From NCBI GenBank assembly GCA_001897535.1, contig MKTC01000010.1:116440-180439 (forward strand): a DNA stretch of 64,000 nt. The letters are read 5' to 3'. Shown here in pieces: positions 49,240 to 60,129 of the stretch. This stretch comes from Bacteroidetes bacterium 37-13 (GTDB taxonomy: Bacteria > Bacteroidota > Bacteroidia > Chitinophagales > LD1). The notes below the pieces were generated by a model that saw only the letters and a program-made list of their open reading frames with translations, ran no database searches and was not told the origin of the DNA. A program made the position numbers and the translations under genes. Positions within the stretch are counted from its first letter, which is position 1. Each line of letters opens with the position of its first letter.

Positions 49240-49998
49240 TTATGCTAAAGAAGCTACTTCTTCTTTTATCCAATCGTAACCTCTTTCTTCTAATTGCAGC
49301 GCCAATTCTTTACCTCCGCTTTTCACAATTCTTCCGCCATACATTACGTGAACAAAATCCGGCACTATGTAATTCAATAACCGTTGGTAGTGCGTAATTA
49401 CAAGAAATGCATTGTCTTTATTGCGCAGCTGGTTTACTCCGTTTGCCACAATTCTAAGTGCATCAATATCTAATCCGGAATCGGTTTCGTCTAAAATTGC
49501 CAGTTTAGGTTCCAGCATTGCCATTTGGAAAATTTCGTTGCGCTTTTTTTCGCCTCCGCTAAAACCTTCGTTCAAAGAACGCGAAGTAAACTCACGGCTC
49601 AATTCAACTATGGCGCGTTTTTCGTTTAGCAACTGTAAAAATGTTTTAGCATCCATTGGGTCTAAGCCAAGATGCTTGCGTTTTGCATTTACTGCTGCCT
49701 TCATAAAATTTGTAGTGCTTACACCCGGAATCTCTACCGGATATTGAAAAGCCAAAAATACACCTTCGCGGGCGCGCTCATCTGGCGACATTTCCAATAA
49801 ATCTTTTCCTAAATAAGAAATTTCGCCTCCGGTAACTTCGTATTCATTTTTACCTGCCAAAACTGAAGCTAATGTTGATTTTCCCGTTCCGTTCGGCCCC
49901 ATTATGGCGTGAATTTCACCAGGGTTTATTTGTAAATTGAATCCTTTTAGAATTTCTTTTTGTTCTACACGAACATCTAAATTTTTAATACTTAACAT
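49240..49998 (-). CDS. sufC: Fe-S cluster assembly ATPase SufC
   Basis: [49 protein letters not shown]. Confidence 0.97.
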   Translation of the reverse strand: MLSIKNLDVRVEQKEILKGFNLQINPGEIHAIMGPNGTGKSTLASVLAGKNEYEVTGGEISYLGKDLLEMSPDERAREGVFLAFQYPVEIPGVSTTNFMKAAVNAKRKHLGLDPMDAKTFLQLLNEKRAIVELSREFTSRSLNEGFSGGEKKRNEIFQMAMLEPKLAILDETDSGLDIDALRIVANGVNQLRNKDNAFLVITHYQRLLNYIVPDFVHVMYGGRIVKSGGKELALQLEERGYDWIKEEVASLA

Positions 49999-50054
49999 AT
50001 CTATTTTTTTAAGTTCTTCCGTAATGGTAAACTGATTATTTAATGATTGATTTT

Positions 50055-51503
50055 TTATCCAACGCTACCTTCTAAACTCACATCTAAAAGTTTCTGTGCT
50101 TCTACCGCAAACTCCATTGGCAAGTGCTTAAATACTTCTTTGCAATAGCCATTCACAATCATGCTCACTGCTTCTTCATCGCTTAGCCCGCGCTGGTTGC
50201 AGTAAAACATCAAGTCTTCACCAATTTTTGAAGTAGTGGCTTCGTGTTCCACTTTTCCGGTATTGTTTTTTATTTCTAAATAAGGGAAAGTGTGTGCGCC
50301 ACATTTATCGCCAATAAGCAAACTATCGCACTGGCTGAAATTATAGGCATTTTCGGCTGTTCCTGCCACTTTTACCAAGCCGCGATAAGAGTTCTGCGAT
50401 TTACCTGCGCTAATACCTTTACTCACTATTCTGCTTCTGGTATTTTTACCGATGTGAATCATTTTAGTGCCGGTATCTGCTTGTTGGTAATTATTAGTTA
50501 CAGCCACAGAATAAAACTCGCCAATAGAATTATCACCTTTTAAAATACAACTTGGATATTTCCATGTAATGGCACTTCCTGTTTCAACCTGTGCCCAACT
50601 AATTTTTGAGCTATCGCCTTGGCATAAGCCGCGTTTGGTTACAAAATTGTAAACTCCGCCAATTCCGTTTTTATCGCCAGGATACCAGTTTTGAACGGTT
50701 GAATATTTAATTTCGGCACTATCCATTGCCACCAATTCTACCACCGCAGCGTGTAGTTGGTTTTCATCGCGAGTTGGTGCAGTGCAGCCTTCTAAATAAC
50801 TCACATAGCTTCTATCGTCTGCAATAATTAAGGTACGTTCAAACTGCCCTGTGTTTTCTGCATTTATTCTAAAATACGTTGAAAGCTCCATTGGGCAGCG
50901 AACACCTTTAGGAATATATACAAAACTTCCATCGCTGAAAACGGCACTGTTTAATGCGGCAAAGTAGTTATCGCGCGTTGGCACCACCGTTCCTAAATAT
51001 TTTTTTACCAAATCTGCATGTTCGCGAATGGCTTCGGACATAGAGCAGAAAATAACTCCTTTTTCTTTTAACGCTGCGCGGAAAGTTGTTATCACGCTTT
51101 CGCTATCCATTACATAATCTACTGCTACACCTGCAAGTACTTTTTGTTCTTGAATTGGAATACCAAGCTTATCGTAGGTTTCGCGAATTTCAGGGTCAAT
51201 ATCATCTAAACTCTTTATTTCCTTTTTCTTTTTAGGAGCAGCGTAGTAAATAATTTTCTGGTAATCAATTTCAGGGAAATGCACATTTTGCCATTGTGGC
51301 TGCTTCATTTGCTGCCATGCTTTAAAAGCTTGTAAGCGCCAATTCAACATCCATTCCGGTTCATTTTTCTTGGCAGAAATAAAGCGTACAATATCTTCAT
51401 TCAAACCCATTGGAGCAAATTCTTGCTCAATATCTGTGGTGAAACCGTATTTATAGTCAGAATTGATATGCTCTTGTAAAATATCGTCTTGTTCTTTTTC
51501 CAT
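50055..51503 (-). CDS. sufB: Fe-S cluster assembly protein SufB
   Basis: [51 protein letters not shown]. Confidence 0.97.
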   Translation of the reverse strand: MEKEQDDILQEHINSDYKYGFTTDIEQEFAPMGLNEDIVRFISAKKNEPEWMLNWRLQAFKAWQQMKQPQWQNVHFPEIDYQKIIYYAAPKKKKEIKSLDDIDPEIRETYDKLGIPIQEQKVLAGVAVDYVMDSESVITTFRAALKEKGVIFCSMSEAIREHADLVKKYLGTVVPTRDNYFAALNSAVFSDGSFVYIPKGVRCPMELSTYFRINAENTGQFERTLIIADDRSYVSYLEGCTAPTRDENQLHAAVVELVAMDSAEIKYSTVQNWYPGDKNGIGGVYNFVTKRGLCQGDSSKISWAQVETGSAITWKYPSCILKGDNSIGEFYSVAVTNNYQQADTGTKMIHIGKNTRSRIVSKGISAGKSQNSYRGLVKVAGTAENAYNFSQCDSLLIGDKCGAHTFPYLEIKNNTGKVEHEATTSKIGEDLMFYCNQRGLSDEEAVSMIVNGYCKEVFKHLPMEFAVEAQKLLDVSLEGSVG

Positions 51504-51563
51504 AATGCCTCAATTCGTATTTTTTTTTAAAACTTGCGCGAATGTAATGCTTAACGTTTATAA

Positions 51564-51580
51564 TTTAGACAAATTCTAAA
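51564..51580. promoter_or_regulatory. Palindromic operator over the suf promoter
   Basis: TTTAGA-CAAAT-TCTAAA inverted repeat, 17 nt upstream of the minus-strand TACATTCG (51539-51546). Confidence 0.5.
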
Positions 51581-51679
51581 CAAAATAATTTTTTCTAACT
51601 AATCTTGTGCTTTAAATAATTAAAAACAAGCAAAGAGTTAATTCAATTTTACTTTATTCGCCTTTCGAAAAAAATTACA

Positions 51680-52942
51680 ATGCCATATTTATTTACATCA
51701 GAATCAGTGTCTGAAGGACACCCGGACAAAGTAGCAGATCAAATATCAGATGCACTTATTGATAACTTTTTAGCATACGATCCAAATTCAAAAGTAGCTT
51801 GCGAAACATTAGTTACTACAGGCCAAGTTGTTTTGGCAGGAGAAGTAAAATCTAATGCCTATTTAGATGTGCAAGAAATTGCCCGCCAAGTAATTCGTGA
51901 AATTGGTTATACCAAAGCCGATTATATGTTTGAAGCCAATTCTTGCGGAGTATTTTCTGCCATTCACGAACAATCTTCGGATATAAACCAAGGTGTGGAG
52001 CGCAAAAAAGCCGAAGACCAAGGTGCGGGTGACCAAGGTATGATGTTTGGCTACGCCAGCCGTGAAACAGATAATTATATGCCTTTGGCATTAGAACTTT
52101 CGCATTTGCTTTTGCGCGAATTGGCTGTTTTAAGAAGAGAAAACAAGCAAATAAAATACCTGCGCCCCGATGCAAAAAGCCAGGTTACCATTAAATACGA
52201 TGACAACAACCAACCTTTGGAAATTGACACCATCGTAATTTCTACCCAACATGATAATTTTGGAACAGATGCTGCCATGCTGAAAAAAATAAAAGATGAT
52301 GTTATCAATATTTTAGTTCCGCGTGTAAAAAAATCTTTACCAAAAAGAATTCAAGCATTATTTACCGATAAAATAAAATACCACGTAAACCCAACCGGAA
52401 AGTTTGTAATTGGCGGTCCGCATGGCGATACAGGGCTTACCGGAAGAAAAATTATTGTAGATACTTACGGTGGAAAAGGCGCACACGGTGGCGGTGCATT
52501 TAGCGGCAAAGACCCATCTAAAGTAGATCGCTCTGCGGCTTATGCTGCAAGGCATATTGCTAAAAACTTAGTAGCAGCAGGCGTTTGTGATGAAGCATTA
52601 GTACAAGTGGCGTATGCTATTGGCGTTGCAAAACCGGTTGGCGTGTTTGTAAATACTTATGGCACTTCAAAAGTTAAATTAACTGATGGACAAATTGCCG
52701 ACAAAATCTCTAAAATGGCTGAATTTGATTTGCGCCCATATTTTATTGAAAAGCGCTTTAACCTTCGCACTCCAATTTACCGCGAAACCGCAGCTTACGG
52801 ACACATGGGCCGCCAAACAAAAGAAGTTCAAAAAGTGTTTAATAAAGGGAAAAGCAACGAGAAAAAAGTTACGGTAAAACTTTTCCCTTGGGAAGAGCTA
52901 AATGCTGTTGCGGCTGTAAAAAAGGCTTTTGGATTAAAATAG
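51680..52942 (+). CDS. metK: S-adenosylmethionine synthetase
   Basis: [54 protein letters not shown]. Confidence 0.98.
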   Translation: MPYLFTSESVSEGHPDKVADQISDALIDNFLAYDPNSKVACETLVTTGQVVLAGEVKSNAYLDVQEIARQVIREIGYTKADYMFEANSCGVFSAIHEQSSDINQGVERKKAEDQGAGDQGMMFGYASRETDNYMPLALELSHLLLRELAVLRRENKQIKYLRPDAKSQVTIKYDDNNQPLEIDTIVISTQHDNFGTDAAMLKKIKDDVINILVPRVKKSLPKRIQALFTDKIKYHVNPTGKFVIGGPHGDTGLTGRKIIVDTYGGKGAHGGGAFSGKDPSKVDRSAAYAARHIAKNLVAAGVCDEALVQVAYAIGVAKPVGVFVNTYGTSKVKLTDGQIADKISKMAEFDLRPYFIEKRFNLRTPIYRETAAYGHMGRQTKEVQKVFNKGKSNEKKVTVKLFPWEELNAVAAVKKAFGLK

Positions 52943-52965
52943 CCCAAGCTCTGAAAAATAAGAAG

Positions 52966-52992
52966 AGGCTGTCCGAAATGGGCAGCCTTTTT
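52966..52992 (+). terminator. Intrinsic terminator after metK
   Basis: AGGCTGTCC-GAAAT-GGGCAGCCT then TTTT. Confidence 0.88.
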
Positions 52993-53213
52993 CTATTTCA
53001 ACAAAATATAGATAGTTATACCAAATTGATTTACAAATTAGTCCGACAATATATTGGATAGCAAAACTATTTTGCAACTATTGCAGAGCTTTTGCGCTAC
53101 TGCAAAACACGACATATACCAAAATGTAATTTTTGCTACTCTTTTTGTTATACATTCCAATCTAAACAAAAAAAGATTTAATATTAAACATCCATTCACT
53201 TTAAAACTTTTTT

Positions 53214-53434
53214 ATGCAAAACCATTTCAATTTTACAAAATCTCGGGGGGGGAAAGCAGACCTGCAAAGACCACCATTTTAGCAATTAGTTTAATGGCAC
53301 TTATGTTTGAGGTAAAAGCTCAAAACATTACGGGAAGCAGCACGGTAGGCTATCTGCCCAAGTTTACGGTTACAAGTACGGTAGATAACTCCTCTGTTTA
53401 CCAAAGCGGTACTTTTGTTGGAATAAAAAATTAA
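53214..53434 (+). pseudogene. Frameshifted, truncated remnant of a secreted surface protein gene with a poly-G tract
   Basis: ATG 53214 reads MQNHFNFTKSRGG, then G8 at 53245-53252 puts it out of frame with the signal peptide ...MALMFEVKA-Q and TVGYLPKFTVTSTVDNSSVYQSGTFVGI. Stops at 53434. Confidence 0.6.
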
Positions 53435-53454
53435 ATCACCATAAAATATACGTT

Positions 53455-54417
53455 ATGAAAAAATATATTTCAACAATTTTCATTACCGCACTATTCTTTT
53501 CTGCCTTTTCGCAAAAATGGTGTCCGGCAGGCGCAGAATGGACATATAATTATACCGGATTTAATGAGGCAGGCTATACAAAAGTTGCTTTTGAAAAAGA
53601 TACGCTCATAAATAACATAAATTGTAAAAAATTAAGTGCAACTCAAATTTATTCCCAACAGAATTTTTTGGGGATATACTCCGATACCCTTACTTCCACG
53701 AAGCAGCCATTTTTCACCTATGCGCAAAACGATACCGTCTATTTCTTTTACGGGCAAGCATTTCATGCCGTTTATTTTTTAAATGCACAAAAAGGCGATA
53801 CTTTACAAATTACTAATCCTGTACGTTCTATCAATTGTGGCAACGATTCGGTTATACGCTTAGCTGTCGATTCCTCAGGAATTACCCAAATAAATAATGA
53901 ACCGCTTCGATTTTACATGGCGCACCCTATCAAATCTTATTCAGGTCAAAATATAGAGCCCGCAAGCATCACCGTTATTGAAAAATTAGGTATTTATACT
54001 CAAGATTACTATAATGGTTACATGTTTTTAATGGTTCCATTTTTTAGTTGTAATACTGCATTAGAGCAAACTTATTCACTCAGGTGCTATAAAGATGATA
54101 GTTTTAATCTTTATCAAACAAATCCACAAATAGCTTGCAGTCATCTCCCTACAAGTATTCACAATGTTTCAAGTCAAAATTTATCGGTTCGGGTGTTTCC
54201 GAATCCTGCAACTGCACATATCAATATTACTTCGCCACATTACGATATTCAAAAAGTTACTCTTTTCGATTTATTCGGAAAACAGGAGGAAACCATCACT
54301 TACAACAATTCAAAAGAAATTCTGGTAAATTTAAGTAACCTACTTGGAGGTGTGTATTTTGTTCATATCCATTTAGAAAATGGACATACTTTAATATATA
54401 AAGTTTCGAAAGAATAA
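53455..54417 (+). CDS. T9SS type-A sorting domain protein
   Basis: Signal peptide AFS-Q, WCPAGAEW, LRCYKD, C-terminal VFPNPA...GVYFVHI...KVSKE. Confidence 0.85.
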   Translation: MKKYISTIFITALFFSAFSQKWCPAGAEWTYNYTGFNEAGYTKVAFEKDTLINNINCKKLSATQIYSQQNFLGIYSDTLTSTKQPFFTYAQNDTVYFFYGQAFHAVYFLNAQKGDTLQITNPVRSINCGNDSVIRLAVDSSGITQINNEPLRFYMAHPIKSYSGQNIEPASITVIEKLGIYTQDYYNGYMFLMVPFFSCNTALEQTYSLRCYKDDSFNLYQTNPQIACSHLPTSIHNVSSQNLSVRVFPNPATAHINITSPHYDIQKVTLFDLFGKQEETITYNNSKEILVNLSNLLGGVYFVHIHLENGHTLIYKVSKE

Positions 54418-54551
54418 TCAACTTAAACTTCTTGTTTAACACAAATCTTGTAGTAGGATTGTGGAAGCAAATGATATCCTGGTAGAACATGAACTTTTAC
54501 AACTTATCCCTTTACATTTAAAACTTCTATCGCGTAATCTGAGATAAACAG

Positions 54552-54577
54552 AAAGGTTGCCTATTGGCAGCCTTTTT
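54552..54577 (+). terminator. Intrinsic terminator
   Basis: AAAGGTTGCC-TATT-GGCAGCCTTT then TT. Confidence 0.82.
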
Positions 54578-54582
54578 GTTTT

Positions 54583-55347
54583 ATGGAATAATTAAACTTA
54601 TTTCATCTACAGTTTTATCTATTACTTTTTGGGGCATTAGTTACTCTTTCAAGTTGTATAAATCACAAACAAAGTAACGAGCAACTGATTCAAAAAATAG
54701 ATTCGTTACAAAACGATATTAAAGCCTTAAAACAACAGTTGGCAGAACCGAATACAACCGATATGCCAACAAATTTTATTTCAAATAACAACCAAAATCC
54801 AACTGCTGAAACTACATCAATTCAACCTAAAACTATTCCTTCTAAATTAGAAGTAAACAAGAGCGATACTTCGCATAAAAAAACAATAAAGCCTACGCCC
54901 AAAGAAAACCCATTACCCAAATCAAACAATTCGTTTAATCAAGGCAAAGTTTACTACTACCAAACTTTAGCAAAACAAAAATCTGTTGAGATTACAGCTT
55001 AGCAAGAAGATGGAAAACGCAAAATATATTTTCTAAATCCCACAGGAGATACCACTTATACCATTGAAGATATAAGAAGAAGCTATTCCTATACCACAGA
55101 ACTTGTAAAATTTTATACCGGTGGCGCATGCGCTCTTGCTAAAATTTCAATGAACCCCGGAGCAAGCATGTATTGGTACGAAACCGAAATTACTTTTGAT
55201 GAAAACAATAATCCATTATGGAAACGCGAAATGCAGTTTCCGCAAGAATCTACCGCCCAGAGTTTAAACAATAAATGGTGGTGGAATGCAAAAAACAAAA
55301 CATGGGTAAAACAAGAAATTATTAAAGAACAAGAAGTGCCGCATTAA
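54583..55347 (+). pseudogene. Lipoprotein pseudogene with two in-frame nonsense codons
   Basis: One continuous frame: ATG GAA TAA(54589) ...GALVTLSS-C..., EITA TAG(55000) QEDGKR...NPGASMYWYETEITF...TAA. Joins ORF-track fragments 54739-55002 and 55150-55347. Confidence 0.75.
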
Positions 55348-55502
55348 ACCCAGATTCCGCAATAGATTCTTTACTGCTATAAAATACTACTTTATATCTG
55401 CTTCAACTGTTCAAAAAACATAATTCATTATGCTTTTATCGAATTTTTGCAACTATTTTGTATTATTTCATCTCGCTTAAATTTCTATTGCAGAATCTGG
55501 GT
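55348..55502. mobile_element. 155-bp MITE, IS982-like ends
   Basis: 19-bp terminal inverted repeats ACCCAGATTC(C/T)GCAATAGA (18/19 match), TAA on both flanks, no coding capacity. The ACCC terminus is typical of the IS982 family. Confidence 0.82.
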
Positions 55503-55559
55503 TAAACTTGATTGGATATAATTTTATATTATAGTATATTCGCAGCCGAAAATTTTAAT

Positions 55560-56876
55560 ATGTCAATAACAACAGAAACACGCCCTCAATACAAAGTGAA
55601 GGATTTTACACTTGCCGAATGGGGAAGAAAAGAAATTAAATTAGCAGAAGCTGAAATGCCGGGCTTAATGGCTTTACGTGCAGAATTTGGCGCATCAAAA
55701 CCTTTAAGCGGGGCAAGAATTGCAGGTTGCCTGCACATGACAATACAAACTGCAGTGCTTATAGAAACCTTAGTAGAATTAGGTGCTGAAGTAACTTGGA
55801 GCTCTTGCAATATTTTTTCTACACAAGACCACGCTGCCGCTGCAATAGCTGCTGCCGGAATTCCTGTTTACGCTTGGAAAGGCATGAATGAACAAGAATT
55901 TGACTGGTGTATTGAGCAAACGCTTTTTGCTTTTAAAGACGGAAAACCTTTAAACATGATTTTAGATGACGGTGGCGATTTAACCAACATGGTTTTCGAC
56001 CGTTACCCGGAATTAGCAAAAGATATTAAAGGACTTAGCGAAGAAACAACCACAGGCGTTCACCGCTTGTACGAGCGCGTAAAAAACGGCACTTTATTAG
56101 TTCCTGCCATTAACGTAAACGACTCAGTTACCAAATCTAAATTCGATAACAAATACGGCTGCCGCGAAAGTTTGGTTGATGCCATTCGCAGAGCTACAGA
56201 TTTAATGCTTGCCGGAAAAATTGCCGTAGTAGCAGGTTATGGCGATGTAGGAAAAGGCTCGGCAGAATCTTTGCGTGGTGCGCATTGCAGAGTTTTAGTT
56301 ACTGAAATTGACCCTATTTGCGCTCTACAAGCTGCAATGGACGGTTACGAAGTAGTAACAATGGACGAAGCTGCTTCAAGAGCAAATATTTTTGTTACCA
56401 CAACAGGAAACGTAAACATTATTTGCGACCGCCACTTCAAAAAAATGCGCGACAAAGCTGTAGTTTGCAACATCGGCCACTTCGACAACGAAATTGATAT
56501 GGCTTGGTTAAACAAAAACTATGGCTCAACAAAAGATACAATTAAGCCACAAGTTGATGTTTACACTATAGATGGGAAAGAAGTTATTGTACTTGCCGAA
56601 GGAAGATTAGTAAACTTAGGCTGTGCAATGGGACACCCATCATTCGTAATGAGCAACTCATTCTGCAACCAAACTTTAGCTCAAATTGAACTTTGGAAAA
56701 ATAGCAGCAACTATGAAAACAAAGTGTATATGCTACCTAAGGTTTTAGACGAAAAAGTAGCTATGTTACACTTAGCACATATTGGCGCTAAACTTGAAAA
56801 ATTAAACCAAACACAAGCCGATTATATTGGAGTAAATATAGAAGGTCCATTTAAACCTGAACATTACAGATACTAA
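55560..56876 (+). CDS. ahcY: Adenosylhomocysteinase
   Basis: [60 protein letters not shown] 55560; promoter TATATTCG at 55535-55542. Confidence 0.98.
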   Translation: MSITTETRPQYKVKDFTLAEWGRKEIKLAEAEMPGLMALRAEFGASKPLSGARIAGCLHMTIQTAVLIETLVELGAEVTWSSCNIFSTQDHAAAAIAAAGIPVYAWKGMNEQEFDWCIEQTLFAFKDGKPLNMILDDGGDLTNMVFDRYPELAKDIKGLSEETTTGVHRLYERVKNGTLLVPAINVNDSVTKSKFDNKYGCRESLVDAIRRATDLMLAGKIAVVAGYGDVGKGSAESLRGAHCRVLVTEIDPICALQAAMDGYEVVTMDEAASRANIFVTTTGNVNIICDRHFKKMRDKAVVCNIGHFDNEIDMAWLNKNYGSTKDTIKPQVDVYTIDGKEVIVLAEGRLVNLGCAMGHPSFVMSNSFCNQTLAQIELWKNSSNYENKVYMLPKVLDEKVAMLHLAHIGAKLEKLNQTQADYIGVNIEGPFKPEHYRY

Positions 56877-56901
56877 TATTTCGCAGTTGAAATAACACTT
56901 A

Positions 56902-56942
56902 AAAGCGCAGAGGGGAAAAAATCCTTTCTGCGCTTTATTTTT
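56902..56942 (+). terminator. Intrinsic terminator after ahcY
   Basis: AAAGCGCAGAGGGGA-AAAAA-TCCTTTCTGCGCTTT followed by a T-rich tract. Confidence 0.85.
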
Positions 56943-57013
56943 TTATGAAGAAATAATAACAGATTCGGCTATTTTCGCAGCCTCAAATTTCGTACAACTT
57001 CAATATCAATACA

Positions 57014-58225
57014 ATGGAAACTATTATTGCACAGCAACTTTCAACCAGAATTGAAACACTACAAGAATCTGCCACCATTCGCATGGCAAAGCTAAGCCGG
57101 GAACTAAAAGCACAAGGCAAAGATATAATAGACCTTAGCTTGGGCGAGCCCGATTTCGATACTCCTGAACACATAAAAGTTGCCGCAAAAAACGCCATTG
57201 ATAATAACTATTCACACTACACACCAGTTTCTGGCTATCCTGAATTACGAAAAGCAATTGCAGGAAAATTACTGCGCGACAATAATCTAAGCTACACACC
57301 CGAACAAATCGTAACTTCTACCGGAGCAAAACAATCTATTGCAAACGTAGTATTGTGTTTGGTAAATCCTGGAGATGAAGTATTGCTTCCTGCGCCTTAT
57401 TGGGTAAGCTATGCTGCCATTACACAATTAGCAGAAGGCATAGCCGTGGAAATGCCAACTTCTATTGAAACCAATTTTAAAATTACTCCTGAACAATTAG
57501 AAGCCGCTATTACTCCGCGCACCAAAATGATTATTTACTCTTCGCCATGCAACCCAACCGGAACGGTATATTCTCACGAAGAATTAGCCGCATTAGCAGA
57601 AGTTTTAGAGCGTCATCCGCACGTTTATATTCTTTCTGACGAAATTTATGAATTTATCAATTACACCGGAAAACCACATGCAAGTATTGCTTCTTTTGAA
57701 AAATTAAAAGACCGAGTAATTGTGGTAAACGGCTTTAGCAAAGGCTTTGCCATGACAGGCTGGCGATTAGGCTACATTGCCGCTCCACTTTGGATTGCAA
57801 AGGCTTGCGACAAAATGCAAGGTCAATTTACTTCTGCTACTTGCTCCATTACCCAAAAAGCAGGAGAAGCTGCTGCCAGCGGAACACTGCAACCTACTTA
57901 CGATATGCTAAAAGCATTTACAAATAGACGAGAATTGGTTTATAATTTATTGAAAAATGTCGAGGGCTTAAAATTAAATTTACCCGATGGCGCTTTTTAC
58001 TTTTTCCCGGATGTAAGTGCCTATTTTGGCAAATCATACAATGGAGAAACCATGCACTCGCCCGAAGATATTTCTATGTTTTTATTGAAAGAAGCAAATA
58101 TTGCATTAGTAAGCGGAGAAGCCTTTGGCGATAAAAACTGCATTCGCCTTTCGTATGCCACCAGCGAAGAAAAACTTACAGAATGTTGCAAAAGAATGAT
58201 AGAAGCTTTTGCCAAACTAAAATAG
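57014..58225 (+). CDS. PLP-dependent class I/II aminotransferase (aspartate aminotransferase-like)
   Basis: LSLGEPDFDTP, GAKQ, PCNPTG, SDEIYE, NGFSKGFAMTGWRLG, RLSYA. Promoter TATTTTCG at 56970-56977. Confidence 0.93.
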   Translation: METIIAQQLSTRIETLQESATIRMAKLSRELKAQGKDIIDLSLGEPDFDTPEHIKVAAKNAIDNNYSHYTPVSGYPELRKAIAGKLLRDNNLSYTPEQIVTSTGAKQSIANVVLCLVNPGDEVLLPAPYWVSYAAITQLAEGIAVEMPTSIETNFKITPEQLEAAITPRTKMIIYSSPCNPTGTVYSHEELAALAEVLERHPHVYILSDEIYEFINYTGKPHASIASFEKLKDRVIVVNGFSKGFAMTGWRLGYIAAPLWIAKACDKMQGQFTSATCSITQKAGEAAASGTLQPTYDMLKAFTNRRELVYNLLKNVEGLKLNLPDGAFYFFPDVSAYFGKSYNGETMHSPEDISMFLLKEANIALVSGEAFGDKNCIRLSYATSEEKLTECCKRMIEAFAKLK

Positions 58226-58315
58226 AATTTCTTCAAAAACACACTCCATTTCAAAGCTCTGTAAAAACAAGTATAGCAAAACAAAACGCCTTACACGCAA
58301 GCAATAAAAAAACAC

Positions 58316-60106
58316 ATGAAGAACATAAGAAATTTCTGCATTATAGCACATATTGACCATGGTAAAAGTACACTTGCCGACCGCTTAATTGAAAGCACAA
58401 AAACAGTAAGCGAGCGCAAAATGATGGATACCATTCTCGACAATATGGATTTGGAGCGTGAACGCGGAATTACCATAAAAAGTCATGCCATACAAATGGA
58501 CTTTTACAGAAATGGCGAACACTACATTTTAAATTTAATTGATACTCCGGGACACGTAGATTTTAGCTATGAAGTTTCGCGCTCGTTGGCAGCTTGCGAA
58601 GGCGCTTTGCTTCTAGTTGATGCTTCACAAGGTATTCAAGCTCAAACCATTTCAAACTTGTACTTGGCAGTAGATCAAGGTTTAACCATTATTCCGGTTA
58701 TCAATAAAATTGATATGCCGGGAGCAATGCCGGAAGAAGTGGAAGATCAAGTGATAGATTTAATCGGCTGCAAGCGCGAAGAAATTATCCGTGCCAGTGG
58801 AAGAACAGGGGAAGGCGTTGATAAAATTTTTGATGCCGTAATTGATTTAATTCCTGCGCCAAAAGGAAGCCCTGACAATGCTTTGCGCGCCCTAATTTTC
58901 GATAGCATGTTCAACTCTTTTCGTGGAGTAATTGCATATTACAGAATTATTGACGGCACTTTAAAAAAGAACGATAAAATTAAATTCGTAAATACCGGAG
59001 CATCATATTTGGCTGATGAAGTTGGCGTATTGCGCATGGATTTAGAACCACGCAGCGAAGTGAAAGCCGGAGATGTGGGATATGTAATTACGGGAATAAA
59101 AAACGCCAAAGAAATTAAAGTTGGCGATACCATTACATTAACCAACAATCCAACAAAAGAAGCCATTAAGGGTTTTGAAGATGTAAAACCAATGGTATTT
59201 GCCGGTATTTACCCAATGGATAATGATGATTACGAAGACTTACGCGATTCTTTAGAAAAGTTGCAACTAAACGATGCTTCATTAGTTTATGAACCTGAAA
59301 CTTCCATAGCCTTAGGCTTCGGTTTCCGTTGCGGATTTTTAGGCTTGCTGCATTTGGAAATTGTGCAAGAGCGCTTAGAGCGCGAATTTGATATGACGAT
59401 TATTACCACCGTTCCACAAGTAAGCTACAATGCTTATATGACTAACGGTGATGAATTGGTAATAAACAACCCTGCCGATATGCCCGATGTTTCGCGCATT
59501 GCAAAAATTGAAGAGCCATACATAAGAGCGCAAGTAATTACCAAGCCCGAATACATTGGTTCTATCATGAATTTGTGTATGGACAAACGCGGTATTTTAA
59601 CCAACCAAACCTACCTCTCAACAGAGCGCGTAGAGCTTTCGTTTGAAATGCCTTTGGCAGAAATTGTTTTCGATTTTTACGATAGGCTAAAATCCATTTC
59701 GCGCGGTTATGCTTCTTTCGATTACCACCAAATTGGGTATCGCGAAGGTGATTTGGTAAAAATGGATATTCTTTTAAATGCTGAGCAAGTTGATGCTTTC
59801 AGCTCCATGATTCACCGCTCAAAAGCCGAAGATTTTGGACGCAAAATGTGCGAAAAATTAAAAGACATCATTCCACGACAAATGTTTATGATTCCTATTC
59901 AAGCAGCAATAGGCTCAAAAATTATTGCCCGCGAAAATATTTCCGCAATGCGAAAAGATGTTACAGCTAAATGTTACGGAGGCGATATTTCGCGTAAAAG
60001 AAAATTGCTTGAAAAGCAGAAAAAAGGAAAGAAAAAAATGCGCCAATTCGGGAAAGTAGAAGTGCCGCAAGAAGCATTTATTGCCGTATTAAAACTGAAT
60101 GATTAG
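58316..60106 (+). CDS. lepA: Translation elongation factor 4
   Basis: [55 protein letters not shown]. Confidence 0.98.
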   Translation: MKNIRNFCIIAHIDHGKSTLADRLIESTKTVSERKMMDTILDNMDLERERGITIKSHAIQMDFYRNGEHYILNLIDTPGHVDFSYEVSRSLAACEGALLLVDASQGIQAQTISNLYLAVDQGLTIIPVINKIDMPGAMPEEVEDQVIDLIGCKREEIIRASGRTGEGVDKIFDAVIDLIPAPKGSPDNALRALIFDSMFNSFRGVIAYYRIIDGTLKKNDKIKFVNTGASYLADEVGVLRMDLEPRSEVKAGDVGYVITGIKNAKEIKVGDTITLTNNPTKEAIKGFEDVKPMVFAGIYPMDNDDYEDLRDSLEKLQLNDASLVYEPETSIALGFGFRCGFLGLLHLEIVQERLEREFDMTIITTVPQVSYNAYMTNGDELVINNPADMPDVSRIAKIEEPYIRAQVITKPEYIGSIMNLCMDKRGILTNQTYLSTERVELSFEMPLAEIVFDFYDRLKSISRGYASFDYHQIGYREGDLVKMDILLNAEQVDAFSSMIHRSKAEDFGRKMCEKLKDIIPRQMFMIPIQAAIGSKIIARENISAMRKDVTAKCYGGDISRKRKLLEKQKKGKKKMRQFGKVEVPQEAFIAVLKLND

Positions 60107-60129
60107 ATTGATAATTTAAAGCAATTAAC

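Noticed and set aside
51504-51679. SAM/SAH riboswitches upstream of metK (also ahcY and metF)
   Set aside because: The leaders are very short or AT-rich and unstructured; promoter elements lie within about 10-20 nt of the start codons of ahcY and metF.
53069-53093. TTTTGCAACTATT shared with the MITE interior
   Set aside because: The match is short and AT-rich with no TIR sequence, so it is likely chance.
53054-53213. ORF-track TTG start making a 126-aa protein at 53054-53434
   Set aside because: The N-terminal part looks like translated AT-rich intergenic DNA; the ATG at 53214 plus the poly-G frameshift explains the coding part better.
54583-55347. Stop-codon reassignment explaining the in-frame TAA and TAG
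   Set aside because: TAA and TAG both terminate many conserved genes in this window at the expected lengths (e.g. bamA and the transketolase end in TAG).
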